From positions 6,327,241 through 6,391,240 of the forward strand of contig OZ316899.1 in the NCBI GenBank assembly GCA_973895155.1: a stretch of DNA of 64,000 nucleotides. The letters run 5' to 3'. The notes under the pieces are model-generated. The model had not been told where the DNA came from. It saw only the letters and a program-made list of their open reading frames with translations, and ran no database searches. Shown one piece after another: positions 12,727-25,603 of the stretch. Made by a program: the position numbers and the translations under genes. This DNA comes from Marsupella aquatica. Lineage: Eukaryota > Plantae > Marchantiophyta. Each line of letters opens with the position of its first letter. The stretch's first letter is position 1.

Positions 12727-12932
12727 TGTGATGCCGCCGGTACGGTGGGTAATGAGTGATTCGGCCTAACACGCGCGTTGGGGGTATCTTAGGCCGTATT
12801 TATTAGCATAATGACAATATTTAGGTAGCCAATATGAGTAGGAAATCATTAGTCAATAAGGGGCATTCGTGTTCGAGCTGGCAGCGGGTCGCCATTCGCA
12901 CGCCCGGGTTGCGAGCGTGTAATGGGCCCTCC
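12727..12932 (+). repeat. 5' fragment of an LTR related to the 4-kb LTR of the element at 35750-47185
   Basis: TGTGATGCCGCCGGTACGGTGGGTAATGAGTGATTC... aligns by eye with the reverse complement of 46975-47185 (TGTGACGCCGCCGGTACGGCGGTTAATGAGTGATTC...). Confidence 0.85.
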
Positions 12933-13026
12933 ACTCTTTCCCCTTACGGTCTATTGCATTAGCGACATCTTTTGAAAGTCCATCAAGGTCAAGAGGCACA
13001 ACACCCATCGTAACTTAGTCCTGAGT

Positions 13027-14078
13027 AGTGGTGGACCTTGCCACCCAGCGCCCTCACCAATCCCAGCACTTGCGCCTAAGTGCCCTTGGTGCCCGAACGC
13101 CTCCACGGAATACCTCGAGCAAGCATCCAAGTGCCTCTAGCACCACCTGCGGCCACTCCCATACGGAGTCGCACTTGCTCACCTACACAACCGCTACTCA
13201 ACGGTCCTCACTGTCTGCACAACCAACCAAACACCTCAGTAAGTAACCCCTCCGGATTTAGAACTTGCCAAGTCTAGCATCCTAACTCAAGCTCAACAGA
13301 CGTTGGTAAATAGGTCAGCGATAGGTCCTCCCGATGCCATAAGTTGGAACCAGAACTCACGCCCACTGTCCGTCCAGGACAGCTCCTTCCTTGGGTGTGG
13401 CCCGGGTTCCCCCTTGTACCTATCCATCACCAACTGACCGCCCTGACCTCAGGACATGCTCATGGCCCAAATAGCGTAGCTTGTCCTAAAGCTTGTCCAA
13501 AGCTTGTCTCAACACGTCGGGACCAGAATGGCCCCGACTCTAACAACCGCTCCCGGTTCGCCCCACTGATGGTCTAGGGACCAAGCGCCCTTGGGACTCA
13601 GCCTCCTACCTACTTGGCCTTGCCTCCCCAACGCAAGCTCCCTTGGGAGGCTGAACGTGGCTTGGCTGCTGTTCGGCAGGTCTGATCGCCGCTCGGGGCC
13701 CCTGACCGGCCCAACCCGGATTGGGCCACAACTTGCGCCCCAAGCGTCCGTTGCCAATGGCATCAACTCCATTGGCCTTGGGCCCAAGAGGAGCTCACTC
13801 CCAAGCCCTCAGAACTCAAAGCCCATCCGACGGTCTGGACGGCCATCCTTGAGCCCGGCCCATTTCCCCTTGACCCAACCAGCCATAGGCTAGTCCAAGT
13901 CCTTAGTGTGTGTCCCCAGCTTGGCCCCTTGCCTCGCCAGTGCCACGTCTCATTGCCCACAAGTCTCCCCATGCTAAGTTCTCCCCGGATGGCCTATCCG
14001 GGCCTGGACCATAAGGGAGCTCGGCGTCGGAGTCAGCGACGTCGGAGCTAAGTGTTAAGGTAGTCGAGTTCTGCGACT
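13027..14078 (-). repeat. 3' LTR of chromovirus (1052 bp, carries a 441-bp deletion)
   Basis: Direct repeat of 19783-21255, lacking the segment 20418-20858. Confidence 0.95.
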
Positions 14079-14544
14079 TGCACCCCCCCTTAAAAATGGT
14101 CACGTCACGTCCGCGTGACCTAAGTAAACGTTCCAACACGCCTAGACCACTTTGGGCCTTAAAAGTTTTTTATGAGGTAACAAATGGTTTGCCCATAAGG
14201 CTGATGCAAACCAGGTTGGTATGCGCATTCCAAACTTAGGAAATTCCAACCTATCCCACTTATCCAAGTAGGATGCCAGTCCAAACGGGTAAGCTAACTC
14301 CAAACTCGTCGGACCCATTGTCCTCCCCTTGGGGCGCTCCCCTTTGGTTTGAACTAGCCCGCCCACAGATGTAGGGCGGGCACCATCAACTTCCACTCGC
14401 AAAAAGCAAATCGGCCGCCCAACAACCTCTAGCCCCAACGCAATCCAACTTTATCCTTAAGAGGCCGAGAGGAGTGAAACTAGGATACAACTCACAAAGG
14501 TAGCTACAACTGCCTGTACCAGTTCACAACGGCGGTAGGCCGCT

Positions 14545-17500
14545 TCACTTACGATAGCTTCCAAGGATCTCTGAGGCATTACCCAAATTTTCTTCCAGTT
14601 CCCAAGTACTCTCGGCCTGGTTGTAGCCAACCCACTTCACCAAGTACTCTAAGGTTTGCCTTCCCAACTTGCGTTTGTAACGGTGGTCCAGAATTGCCTC
14701 CACCTCAAACTCCTCAGCGTCCTCCACCAGCATGGCGTCCGGACGGAAGACCTGATCCCGGTTGGGATCATCGTCCTTGAGAAACTTCTTGAGCCGGCTA
14801 ACGTGGTAGCTTTTGCCCACGCCCATTTCTTTGGGTGTCTCCAACACCACCAAAACCGGATTATCCTTGTGGGCCCATCGTATGATGCCATAGGGCCCTG
14901 CATATCTGGGAGCCAGCTTCCTACTTATGTTCCTGTGGTGTTGCTCAGGTCTCAACTGCAACCAGACGCTCTCCCCAATTTCAAAGCTTACCTGGCGTCA
15001 ATGTTTATCCCCTTGCTCTTTGTACCGACTTTGGGCAAGGGTCATACCCTTGGTAGCCGCTTCCACAACTAGGCGCCGCTCTCGAATGAAATCGTCCGCC
15101 ACAGGAACCTTGCTTTCCGTCCGCCAAGCTTCCGGATTTATAAACCAGGAGGGCGCCCTTGGCGTCCTCCCTTTGGCCAACACAAACGGCGCAAACCCCG
15201 TCGCAGAATGCTTGGTCGAGTTATACCTAAACTTGACCATTGTTAAATGCTTCGCCCAATCCTTCTGATTGGCTGTCACAAAGTGACGCAAGTAGTCCTC
15301 CACGATACCATTAACCCGTTTGGTTTGGCCATCTGTCTCATGATGATACGCTGATCCCCTGGTCAAGTCCGTTCCGGATAACCGGAACAATGCCTTCCAG
15401 AAATGGCCCGTGAACTTGGTATCGCGATCGGACAGGATATGCAACGGCAATCCCATTGTCGGAAGACATTGTCAAATACTAGACCGGCAACCTCTCGGGC
15501 CGAAACCATCTTCGTAGTAGGCAAGAAATACGCCATCTTGGAAAAATGATCCACAATTGTTAAGATGGAGTTACTGACGTGGGACTCAGGTAATCCAACA
15601 ATGAAGTCCATGGAGATAGACTCCCATGGAGCCGCAGCTACTGGTAAGGGTTGTAGTAGTCCTCCTTTTGCCCTATAGACCGTTTGGTTCTTTTGGCACG
15701 AGTAACAACTTTGCACATGTTGAAGGACCGATCGCTTCATGTCCGGCCAATACACATCTCGCGACATGCCGCGATACGTAGCGGCTTGTCCTCCGTGCCC
15801 TCCCAGGGCGAGTTGTGGTACTTTTGCAAAACCTCTAACCTTAGAGACTCTGGTATGTACACACGCCTCTGCTTGTATTGCCATAACTGGACATTATGCG
15901 TCGTATCCAACCCCAACGATACGTGCCTTACCTTGCCCCGGCTACCCCCATTGCTTTGCCAATCCTTAGCTAACCTGTCATCTCCATATGCCGTGGCCAC
16001 AACCTTTGGCCACTCGGATTTGAGCATCGTGATCCCATTGACACGAAGTTGGTCCTTACACGATAACACGTCCGCTACCATATTTGTCTTCCCTGGAACG
16101 TGGCGGACTTCGAAATCAAAATCCGCCAAGAACATTTGCCAGCGCATTTCCTTGGGGTTCAGCCTTGGCTTAGAACTGAAGTACCGGCCGACGAGCTATC
16201 TGTGTGGATTACCACTTTGGGACCATTCTTAAGGTAAATCTCCCACTTCTTCAACGCGTAGATCACAACATACATTTCCCTTTCCGGCGTGATCTAGTGA
16301 TTTTCCAACTTACATGACTCGAAGGCCACACGACGCCCATCTTGGTGAAGACAAGCGCCGATGGCATAATCACTTGTGTCTGTCCAAATCTCGAACGGCT
16401 TCCCCATCTCAAGTAAGTTTAGAACCGGCGGTTAACCGCTTAAGTTCTAGGAATGCTAACTCGCAATCCTGCGTCCACACAAACACTTTGTTTTTCAACG
16501 TTAGCGCATTGAGGGGCCTCGCGATCCTTGCATAGTCTTTCATGTATCTCCGATAGAACCCCGTAAATCCTAAGAAGGCTCTAACTTGCCTTACGTTGGA
16601 CGGGCGCTCCCATTCTTTGATCTCCTTAAGCTTGTCCTGACTAGGCGTAATCCCTTCCGGGGTAAAGGTATGGCCGAGGAACTGAATCTCGTTCATTGCA
16701 AACTCGCACTTGCTAGGTTTAGCAAAGAGACGAGCCTTACGAAGGCGAGAGAACACTTCTCTGAGCAACTGCTCATGCTCCTCCAATGTTTTTGAGTAGA
16801 TTAGGATGTCGTCAATAAAGACGACCACTCCCTGGTCCAACAAGTCATGAAAGATGGTATTCATCATCTTCATGAACGTTGCGGTTGCATTACACAACCC
16901 AAACGGCATAACCAAAAACTCATAGGATCCGAACCTTGTGCGCATCGCGGTCTTATACTCATCTCCCTTAGCCATGCGGATTTGGTAATACCCCGACCGC
17001 AAGTCCACCTTTGAAAACTTCTTAGCCCGAAGAGGCAATCAAAGAGGTCATCCATATGAGGTCACGGGTACTTGTTCTTTACCGTCTGCTTATTGAGGGC
17101 CCGGTAATTTGCGCACAATCTCAAAGTACCATCCTTTTTGGACACAAATAGTGCGGGCGGGGCGTAAGGACTCTTACTAGGGCGAATGAACCCTTGGTCG
17201 ATCAACTCTTCCAAGGCGTTCTTCAACATCATTTGCTCATTCAGGTTCAGACGATAAGGAGCTTTAGCCTGAGGAGCCAATCCCGGCTCCAACTCAACTT
17301 GGTGATCCACTTCTCTCCGCGGTGGTAAACCTTTAGGTAGCTTCTGCGAGAGCACGTCGTTGAATTCCTCTAAAATTTCAGGAATTCGACCGCAATCGGG
17401 CCCGATCTTAGCTGACTTGACCTTTGGCTGCGACGCAGCCTTGTTAGTTGGGTGGAGATGAAAGAAGAAACTTTCATGTCCACCCTTGAAGTCTTTCCAC

Positions 17501-19637
17501 CATTGCTTCGCCGATACACACGGAGACATCCACGACACTTTACTTACTTTAAGAAATCTTTCTTTATTTTTGGTACTTTCGTGTACAACGATGGGCTCAC
17601 CCCCCTTATTGGGAAAATGGAGCACTTCACCCCCCGGTTTCAAGGTAACATTGTGCTTTCTGAGATAACCTACCGACAAAATGAAGTCTACGGCTAGACC
17701 GTCTAGGACGTAGAACATCTCCTAACTAACAAAATTTTGTTGTTCGCCTATGACCTCTACCCGAAGTCTATGCACTACTCTCGACACTATCCCCTTTGTG
17801 TCGTTGGCAAACTTGCACACTAACGGTTGTAACAACTCTTGCACGTCCACCCCAAGACGAGTTGCCGCCTGCCCACTTATGAAGCAGGCGGTTGCGCCTG
17901 TATCCACCAAAGCAACACCCAGATTACCGTTAGAAGTGACATTCATAAAAATCAGCTTTTCAGGATCCATTGTCTTAACTTTAGGTATCTTCTCTCGCAA
18001 CAACACCCTCTCACCGTCAGGGACATCCCCTACAGGGACCTTGTCAGCTACTAAGGGTTCGGTTAGAGCGATACTTACCTTAATGCTCTTTTGCCCTCCA
18101 CCATCTCCGTTTGGCTTGCCACCTTTCGTGGAACAATCCTTACTTTGATGGCCCATGGCGCCACATGTGAAGCACGAACCTTCAGCCCGCCTCTGCTCCA
18201 TGGTCGCCTGCTTCTTTGCTTCTACGCCGATGAGGCTCCTTTCTTAAAGTTGCTGGCCTTCCAGTTTTGCTTAGCTTCTCCATTCTGGGGCTGGGGATCC
18301 AAACCACCGGACCCCGCCCCCTCCGGTTGCTTCCGCTTATTCCCGGGACCTTTTGCTTTCCCAGCTTCCCCCTCGGATCCCTTGCCACCCACTTTCGCTA
18401 AGTCCGGTCGGTTATTCACCAACGTAGTGGCCTTGTCAAAGGCGTCAGAAAGCGTTTTGAACTCATGACACTTTTCCTGCAACTTTTCCCTGAGCAACAG
18501 TGGGAGCTTCACGATAAAGTTGTGAAGTTGTGTATGTAGGGTCTCTTGTCTCGTCGGGATACACGCCAACTGATTCTGGTAATAAGTGATGAACTTTTGG
18601 ATATCACCCCTGAAACTCATCTCCGTTACGCATTTCTGAGCGTGCCGCTCCGGGTACTTAGTGGTGACATGAGCGCGGAGACCCTCAACCAGGTTTTCCC
18701 AAGTTAACGGCAAGGAGGAGTCCTCTCGTGACTTCTTCCATGACTTGTACCAAGTCAAGGCATAATCCTTCAGGTAAGGAGCGGCTGCGGTAGCCCAAGT
18801 GGAACGCTCAACACACGCTTGGAGATGAATCTCCATCATGGAGAGCCAACTCAGGGACTTTTGTCCACTTTGTTCGTAGGCCCCGTCGTAAGTTGGAGGA
18901 GTTGGTAGCTAGTTCACTTGGAACATACTCCGTCCAACTACCATTCCCCCCTCGCGACGCGACGCACTCTGACTACCCAGACTAAGTAAGTACTTAATCT
19001 GGGCCCCCTTGTTGTGTTCCAACTGCTCATAGATGAGTCGTTGGTCTTGAGTCAACGGACCCAGACCATCGTCAACGGCTGGGCCCTTGCGGGTTGTATG
19101 AGGACGGTCCTCCAACCGTCTTTCCTTTGCGGGCTGCCTATCCTTAGGTTCTCTTGTGGATTTTGGTGACACCCCCCGCGTCTTGCGAGCACCATGACCT
19201 CCCGGGATTGAGGTATCACCCGCATCATCTTGGTTCTGCTTGGTTAAATTATCCACGATGATGTCCGGCTCGGCATCATCCTCAGCTGGTTCGGCATTCA
19301 ACCCTCTCAAGGTTGGGATCAGTTCCTCCTCCGGGTCCTGACCCTCTTCCTCTGTCTCAGCTTCAGTGTTTTTGTCGCTTGCGGTTGCGTCAGAGTCATT
19401 ATCATCCGACCCATCCTCCGAAGGATCAGCCGCCTCCTTCCCTTTAAGTTGACGGCGTTTTGCACTTGACTTGTTTGCCGCAGCGGTTGACGGTTCGGCT
19501 GTTGCGTCTTCTTCATCCTGCTTGTAACGTTCGTCTAGGGAAGTCAACCCGTCCTCCTTCTGTTCTTTGTTAACTTGGGCTCTCCCCTTGGTGGGGGGAG
19601 CCTGCTTGCCACTCTTTGCACGAGTGTTTTTTGCCAT
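14545..19637 (-). pseudogene. gypsy gag-pol with C-terminal chromodomain, multiple stops and frameshifts
   Basis: [86 protein letters not shown], and chromodomain EFEVEAILDHR...YLVKWVGY...STWE. Confidence 0.95.
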
Positions 19638-19782
19638 GTCCCCAGCGACCGAATCTGCCCGCAGTCAACCCGCCGGGCACGTTGAAGCACTAAGTCCCCA
19701 CAAAAATCCGTTAAGATTTTTGGATTCCGACTTAGCACAACTCCGGCCCGGTGTCTATGCCAGCAATCGCTCTGATACCACA

Positions 19783-21255
19783 AGTGGTGGACCTTGCCAC
19801 CCAGCGCCCTCACCAATCCCAACACTTGCGCCTAAGTGCCCTTGGTGCCCGAACGCCTCCACGGAATACCTTGAGCAAGCATCCAAGTGCCTCTAGCACC
19901 ACCTGCGGCCACTCCCATATGAAGCCGCACTTGCTCACCTACACGACCGCTACTCAACGGTCCTCACTGTCTGCACAAGCAACCAAACACCTTGGTAAGT
20001 AACCCCTCCAGATCTAGAACTCGCCAAGTCTAGCATCCTAACTCAAGCTCAATAGACGTTGGTAAATAGGTCAGCGATAGGTCCTCCCGATGCCATAAGC
20101 CGGAACCAGAACCCATGCCCACTGTCCGTCCAGGATAGCTCCTTCCTTGGGCGTGGCCCGGGTTCCCCCTCGTACCTATCCATCGCCAACTGACCGCAGG
20201 ACATGCTCATGGCCCAAATAGCATAGCTTGTCCTAAATCTTGTCTCAACACGCCGGGACCAGAATGGCCCCAACTCTAACAACCGCTCCCGGTTTTCCCC
20301 ACTGATGGTCTAGGGACCGAGCGCCCTTGGGACTCAGCCTCCATACCTACTTGGCCTTGCCTCCCCAACGCAAGCTCCCTTGGGAGGCTGAACGCGGCTT
20401 GGCTGCTGTTCAGCAGGATTTGGCAAGCGGGTGAGCTAACACCCACAAACCACGAGAACCCATGGCACCCCCGGACCCATCTGAGCTCAGGAGGACGTAG
20501 CCCTCTTCAAGAGCTTTCCAACGAACCCAAGAAGTCCTCCAATGGATTTCCCGTTGGGAAGATATCGCCATTTCCGTTTGGCGGTTTCCCTTAGTGTCGC
20601 GACCTTCGCGGCTCACGACTTCGGCTCGCCCTTGGCCCCCAGGGAGACACCACTCCCCTCATATATGTTTCTGGGGACCTGCCACCCCCGGACCAGCTTT
20701 GGTCCCTAAACATTTGGCCCCCAACCCGGATCCCATCGCGCATAATGGGCGCGCCACCAACTGGCAACGCCCATAACTTTCTTGATAGGCATCCGCAAGC
20801 AGAGTGCCTTAGCCCGTTGTGACCGGGCCAACCCAGTGCTCATGCCTAGGCCTTCAGGTTTGATCGCCGCTCGGGGCCCCCGACCGGCCCAACCCGGATC
20901 AGGCCACAACTTGCGCCCCAAGCGTCCGTTGCCAATGGCATCAACTCCATTGGCCTTGGGCCAAGGGGAGCTCACTCCCAAGCCCTCAAAACTCAAAGCC
21001 CATCCGACAGTCCGGACGGCCATCCTTGAGCCCGACCCATTTCCCCTTGACCCAACCAGCCATAGGCTAGTCCAAGTCCTTAGTGTGTGTCCCCAGCTTG
21101 GCCCCTTGCCTCGCCAGTGCCACGTCTCATTGCCCACAAGTCTCCCCATGCTAAGTTCTCCCCGGATGGCCTATCCGGGCCTGGACCATAAGGGAGCTCG
21201 GCGTCGGAGTCAGCGACGCCGGAGCTAAGTGTTAAGGTAGTCAAGTTACGCGACT
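19783..21255 (-). repeat. 5' LTR of chromovirus (1473 bp)
   Basis: Adjacent to the PBS; direct repeat of 13027-14078. Confidence 0.95.
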
Positions 21256-22304
21256 TGAGTACACATACAAATCAACAATCCACCAAAGTAAAGGAGCGTG
21301 GTTTAACCTACAGATTTAGCTTCAACATTGAATGACAAAGGTGACCAAGAAATTGGAAAAGGAGCAGAAGTTATTCACCCCCACCTCGAATCAATCCCCT
21401 GAATTTGGCCACCAAATTGTGCACCAAGTCTTGCACTCTTCGACTGCGCATGCCTCACCTCCAACCTCCAGGATTGTCAGTAGTGGGATTTGGGCTAATC
21501 AAATGTGATGCGCAATGGGATGCAAAATTGTCGAGAGTGGTTTGGTGGAGCTGGTGCGCCTCACCTCCAAATGCGGGATTCAAAATCATCTAAGTGTTTG
21601 GAAAGAATGACAAGAGAATCTTGAAGTGACCAAGTGAGGGCAATTTGCGCGCAATGACCTTCAACAGGGCCCAAAAGAGACAAACAAATTAAATGTGGCT
21701 TAGCCAACACGCACCAAGTACCCCCACCACGCCGGGAAAGTTGTGTCAAAGGATGTGACTCATGTGAAGGACATCACGCGAAAGCAACAAGTTGGCCCCA
21801 CAACTTGTGAGGTGGCCTTTCATAAATTAAAAGTCGCGTTCAAAATTCAAAATGGGAGAAGGATGCTTGTCTTAAACTAGATCCTGTTCACATGGGCACG
21901 AAAATGACGGCTTAAGCTCATAATGGCTACCCCTTGAGTCACGCATTAGTGATGGAATAATGATTATTGAAAAGTCCTTAGTCACTTCAAGATTGTGTAA
22001 TCCTGGCCACACATGAGCCTTGGAAGTCCTTGGACATGAAGTCATTTCCCCTAGTCCTTGGGGCCTCCTTTGGTACCCCTCTAGCTTGCTTTTGACCCTT
22101 AGCTTGATGTCACGTAATATTGAAAAATCAGAAGGTAACTAGCTCAATGTGGAGCTGAAGCGCCAGTGATTACAAAGCCACATTTAGTTGCTCTCAACTT
22201 GTGCCAACTGAATATTGATCATCAGCAAGATCATTAGCCACTGTTACCCTTAGTACGGGGGAAATTTGAATTCTTGACCATCCCAGTGCAACACAGACTA
22301 GACG

Positions 22305-22620
22305 GTATTAGTGGGTGCCAGTCACTTAAGAAATGTTTGTCAGGTTTCTTAGGTATGAATTTAATGATCCCTTCACAGATCCTAGCATCCAAACCACCCA
22401 TAAGCCAGAACTCTTGTATCATATCCACCCAGTCCTGTCCAAGGAACCCCCAGCATGCTCAATAGACCTCCGCTGTCAATCCATCAGGTCCGGGTGTTTT
22501 GTCACACAGCAGGAGCCACAGCACATCCTTCACCTCCTGGTAAGATTGGAGCTTCTCCAATTTTAAAATTGTGGCTCCAGAGAGCACAAAGCTGGTGTTG
22601 CTCAACAATCAAACTCTAGC
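22305..22620 (-). mobile_element. L1-type LINE fragment (N-terminal part of the RT domain)
   Basis: Minus-strand translation KTPGPDGLTAEVY*ACWGFLGQDWVDMIQEFW...GIIKFIPKK...DWHPL matches the K(S/T)PGPDG...IPK...DWRPI signature of L1 ORF2. Confidence 0.85.
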
Positions 22621-22634
22621 CACTTGTCTCCTCT

Positions 22635-24467
22635 CTATCTCCACTTCAGAAAGGGTCTCAGGTGTATATAAGGTGTCACAAAAGCGGTCCTCAGTGACAG
22701 GGGCTTTGCTGCTAGAACCAGAAGACATGGAATCAGCCGCATCTTCCTTCCACGGCTTTTTTTTCTTGGTAATCCCCTCCCACCTTTGCTTCCTTTTGGT
22801 GGCTCTAGTGGACACACGGTAACAATCGACATCAACCTCTTCTTTGGAATAATTGGACAGGGCGTCTGCTTCATTGTCAGAAGGTGCAAATTCCCCTTGT
22901 GCTTCTTCACGCCATCCAAGTCAATATGATTTACCTGGGCTCCTCCTGGCATAGTTCCTGCTGGCAGTACCTTTGGTGCGGGTTTGATAGGTACAGCAGC
23001 CATCCCGGCTAACCAAATAGGGCATTGGGTAAGTATATGCCCTTCTCCTTTGCAACCCATACAAAGCTTGACAGGCTGACCATCCGCCTTCTTCCTTGCA
23101 TTGGTGCACTCCCGGGAGAAGTGACCTGGTTGACCACAGTTGTAGCATGCTACAAATCTCTGAATATTTGGTTGTGGAGGTGTAGTTGGATTTTGAATGA
23201 TGCGTGGATACATCTCCCCTTCATTGGTTCTCAATGCTCCCCACAAAGAGGTGGGTCGGTTAGCCAAATCTTGGGCTCCGGCCTCACTAATGCCAAACAC
23301 ACTATCTGCGGCATCTCCAAGTATGTACTCCACCTCCAACTCTCCTATTGTTCCCTTGGTTATCAATCGAACATGCTTTGTACCATGCTTTGGACAGACA
23401 TCCTTGTGATGTCCGGTGGTATAACAGTGAGCGCACCATACTGAGGTGTCATCGGCTGCCTCCCTCTTCTTTGGCTGGGAGTTGGCTAATAACGTCTTTA
23501 ACTGCTCTGTGATCGCTGTCAATTGATCCGGAGATGCTTTCTTAGGATCAACCTTGGTTCTCACCTTCTCCACAGCCTTATCCTTCTTTTTGAATTTCTT
23601 TTTTTTACTCTTTTCATCGTCCTTTGAACTGGAAGATGTTTCAGCCTTACTGGTAGCATCCTCAGAGCTGCTACTCCCCTCCCTGGCTTTCTTGGATCGC
23701 TTTTTCTTTTCTTTTTTCTTGCCCGATCCCTCTTCAAAAGATGAGTCCTCAGATTTATAGTGTTTTTTCCTGCTCGTGATATTTGCATTGATGTAAAGCT
23801 GAATATCACGGATTACTTCTGCTAGAGATTCTGGATTCCCCTTCCGAATCGCAAAGCTCATCTTCTATGGTAAAGCATTAACCAACCATTGCAACTGCAT
23901 TTTGTCTGATGCATTGGTCTTGGTTCGCCGTACCAATTTGTGGAATCGTTGCAATTTTTTTTGGAAAGACTTGTTCTCCTTGAATTGAAGCCGTCCTAGC
24001 TTCAACATTGCCAATTCGAATGTCCCAATGGGACGGAATTCTTTGACAAATAGTTGCTTAAAGGTGATCCACTCATTCTGCTCTCCGGGTTCCAAATTAG
24101 AGTACCACGGTTGAGCCTCACATTTAAACAACCCAGGTAAGATCTGCATCTTGATAGCAGACTCTCCATTAGCCGTTGCCGTACCATCAAACTCCTCGAG
24201 CCAGTCATCCGGATCCTCCTCGTGCTTTCCATGAAATGCCTTATAATGGATTCGTGATCTCTGGCTGAGCCGTTGCGCTGCTCGACCACCAAATTGTGGC
24301 TCACCCATTCCAAGTACTGGTGAACTGGGTTGGGTACTGGGCACTTTGCTACTCAACAGATCCCCTTCTTCACTCACCAGTTCCTCTTTGAAAGCACTTT
24401 GCAACCCGCCGTTGCTGGTTACAACCTTCACTTTCCGTGACTCCTTCCACTTTTGAATTTGCTGCAA
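22635..24467 (-). pseudogene. gag with retrotransposon-gag core and three CCHC zinc knuckles
   Basis: FHGKHEEDPDDWLEEF...EAQPWY...W..FKQLFVKEF; knuckles CAHCYTTGHHKDVC, CYNCGQPGHFSREC, CMGCKGEGHILTQC; in-frame stop at 23865. Confidence 0.9.
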
Positions 24468-24561
24468 CTGCGATTCTTCCCTTTGTGTTGCTCGACCTTC
24501 CCTTGGTGTGAATTAGTTCATCACCTATCCTTGTGCAGCACACAACTCACAAGTAAGAATG

Positions 24562-24580
24562 CCCCCTCCATCTAGCGCCA
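24562..24580 (-). promoter_or_regulatory. Primer-binding site (resembles the complement of a plant tRNA-Asn 3' end)
   Basis: TGGCGCTAGATGGAGGGGG; a nearly identical site lies at about 43137-43156. The tRNA identity is recalled, not searched. Confidence 0.7.
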
Positions 24581-25603
24581 AAAATATGGTGCGTTTCCCA
24601 ACCCTCTAACCCCAAGAACCGGCCATGAACCCCTACTTATGGTCGGCTTATGGTGGTTTGGCTGTCATTCGGCTTGGATACGTGGTCTACTCTCGATCCA
24701 CACTATGCTAGACCGATTCTTTCACCGAGCTTGCAAATTGTGTATTGCTGAGATGCCTAATTCTCAATTGACTTTGTCGGGTATGTTTGTATTTCGCCCC
24801 CGGAATGTACCTCTACGGCTTAATCTCTTAAGCCGGCTGAAGGTTTTTCTCAGACCGACTCAACCCACACTTTAACCAACAAAATACTCTCAATCCTCAC
24901 TTTTCTCTCAGAGTTTGATTTGGAAGTCTCCAATCAAGACAATGCGATCGTATAGCTTCGCAGTCGCTCTATCTGACTCAAATCGATCAAGCGACAAGTA
25001 TCACAACACACAATGCCATGACTGCAAGAATTTGCAAACTAGGTAACAAGGCCAACTCAATTCAAACAATTGCACATAAATAGAAATTGTGGTTTACTGA
25101 TAATCCACGGTCTAGATTTTAGCCGAGAGGTTATGCTAGTAATACAGACTTTACACTAGAATCTTGACTAAGAAAAAGCCCCCCGAGCCACGCTGCCCAG
25201 GTTTTTATCCTTGCAGCGCGTCCAAGGGAATCGTCGGAAATCCAAACCACAAATCACGGCCTTCCACCACAAAATCCAGCTAATTAACTAACACCTAACA
25301 TATTTTGACTTAACCCGGAACCTTGCAGGAACTGCGCATCTAATACAACCTAAGCCGACAGGGCGCTACTTGCCCTGTCCCATCCTACAATGGCTGCGCC
25401 CTTCTGGCCCAAGCCCTTCTCCTACCGCCGCCACGTCCTCCTTCCAACCGATGATTGGCCCTCCTTAATTGTCAAATGATCGGCGGTAGGCCCGAATCTT
25501 CCGACTCTGCACCTTCTCTTGCCATTGGCTCCGGCTTGATCCCTTTGGCTTCCTCGACCTCGGGTTTTGATTTATCAGCCCCGGCATTGGCAGCAACATC
25601 TTT

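Larger units (their letters stand above)
13027..21255 (-). mobile_element. Ty3/gypsy chromovirus-type LTR retrotransposon with AGT...ACT termini
   Basis: LTRs at 13027-14078 and 19783-21255. TSD TGAGT at 13022-13026 and 21256-21260. Met PBS (reverse complement of TGGTATCAGAGC) at 19769-19780; PPT at about 14083-14097. Order gag-PR-RT-RH-INT-chromodomain. Confidence 0.95.

Noticed and set aside
12722-12727. GAGTA followed by TGTGATG as the left end of the chromovirus
   Set aside because: GAGTA also occurs at 21257, but LTR-LTR similarity starts at 13027, and 12727-12932 matches a different LTR family.
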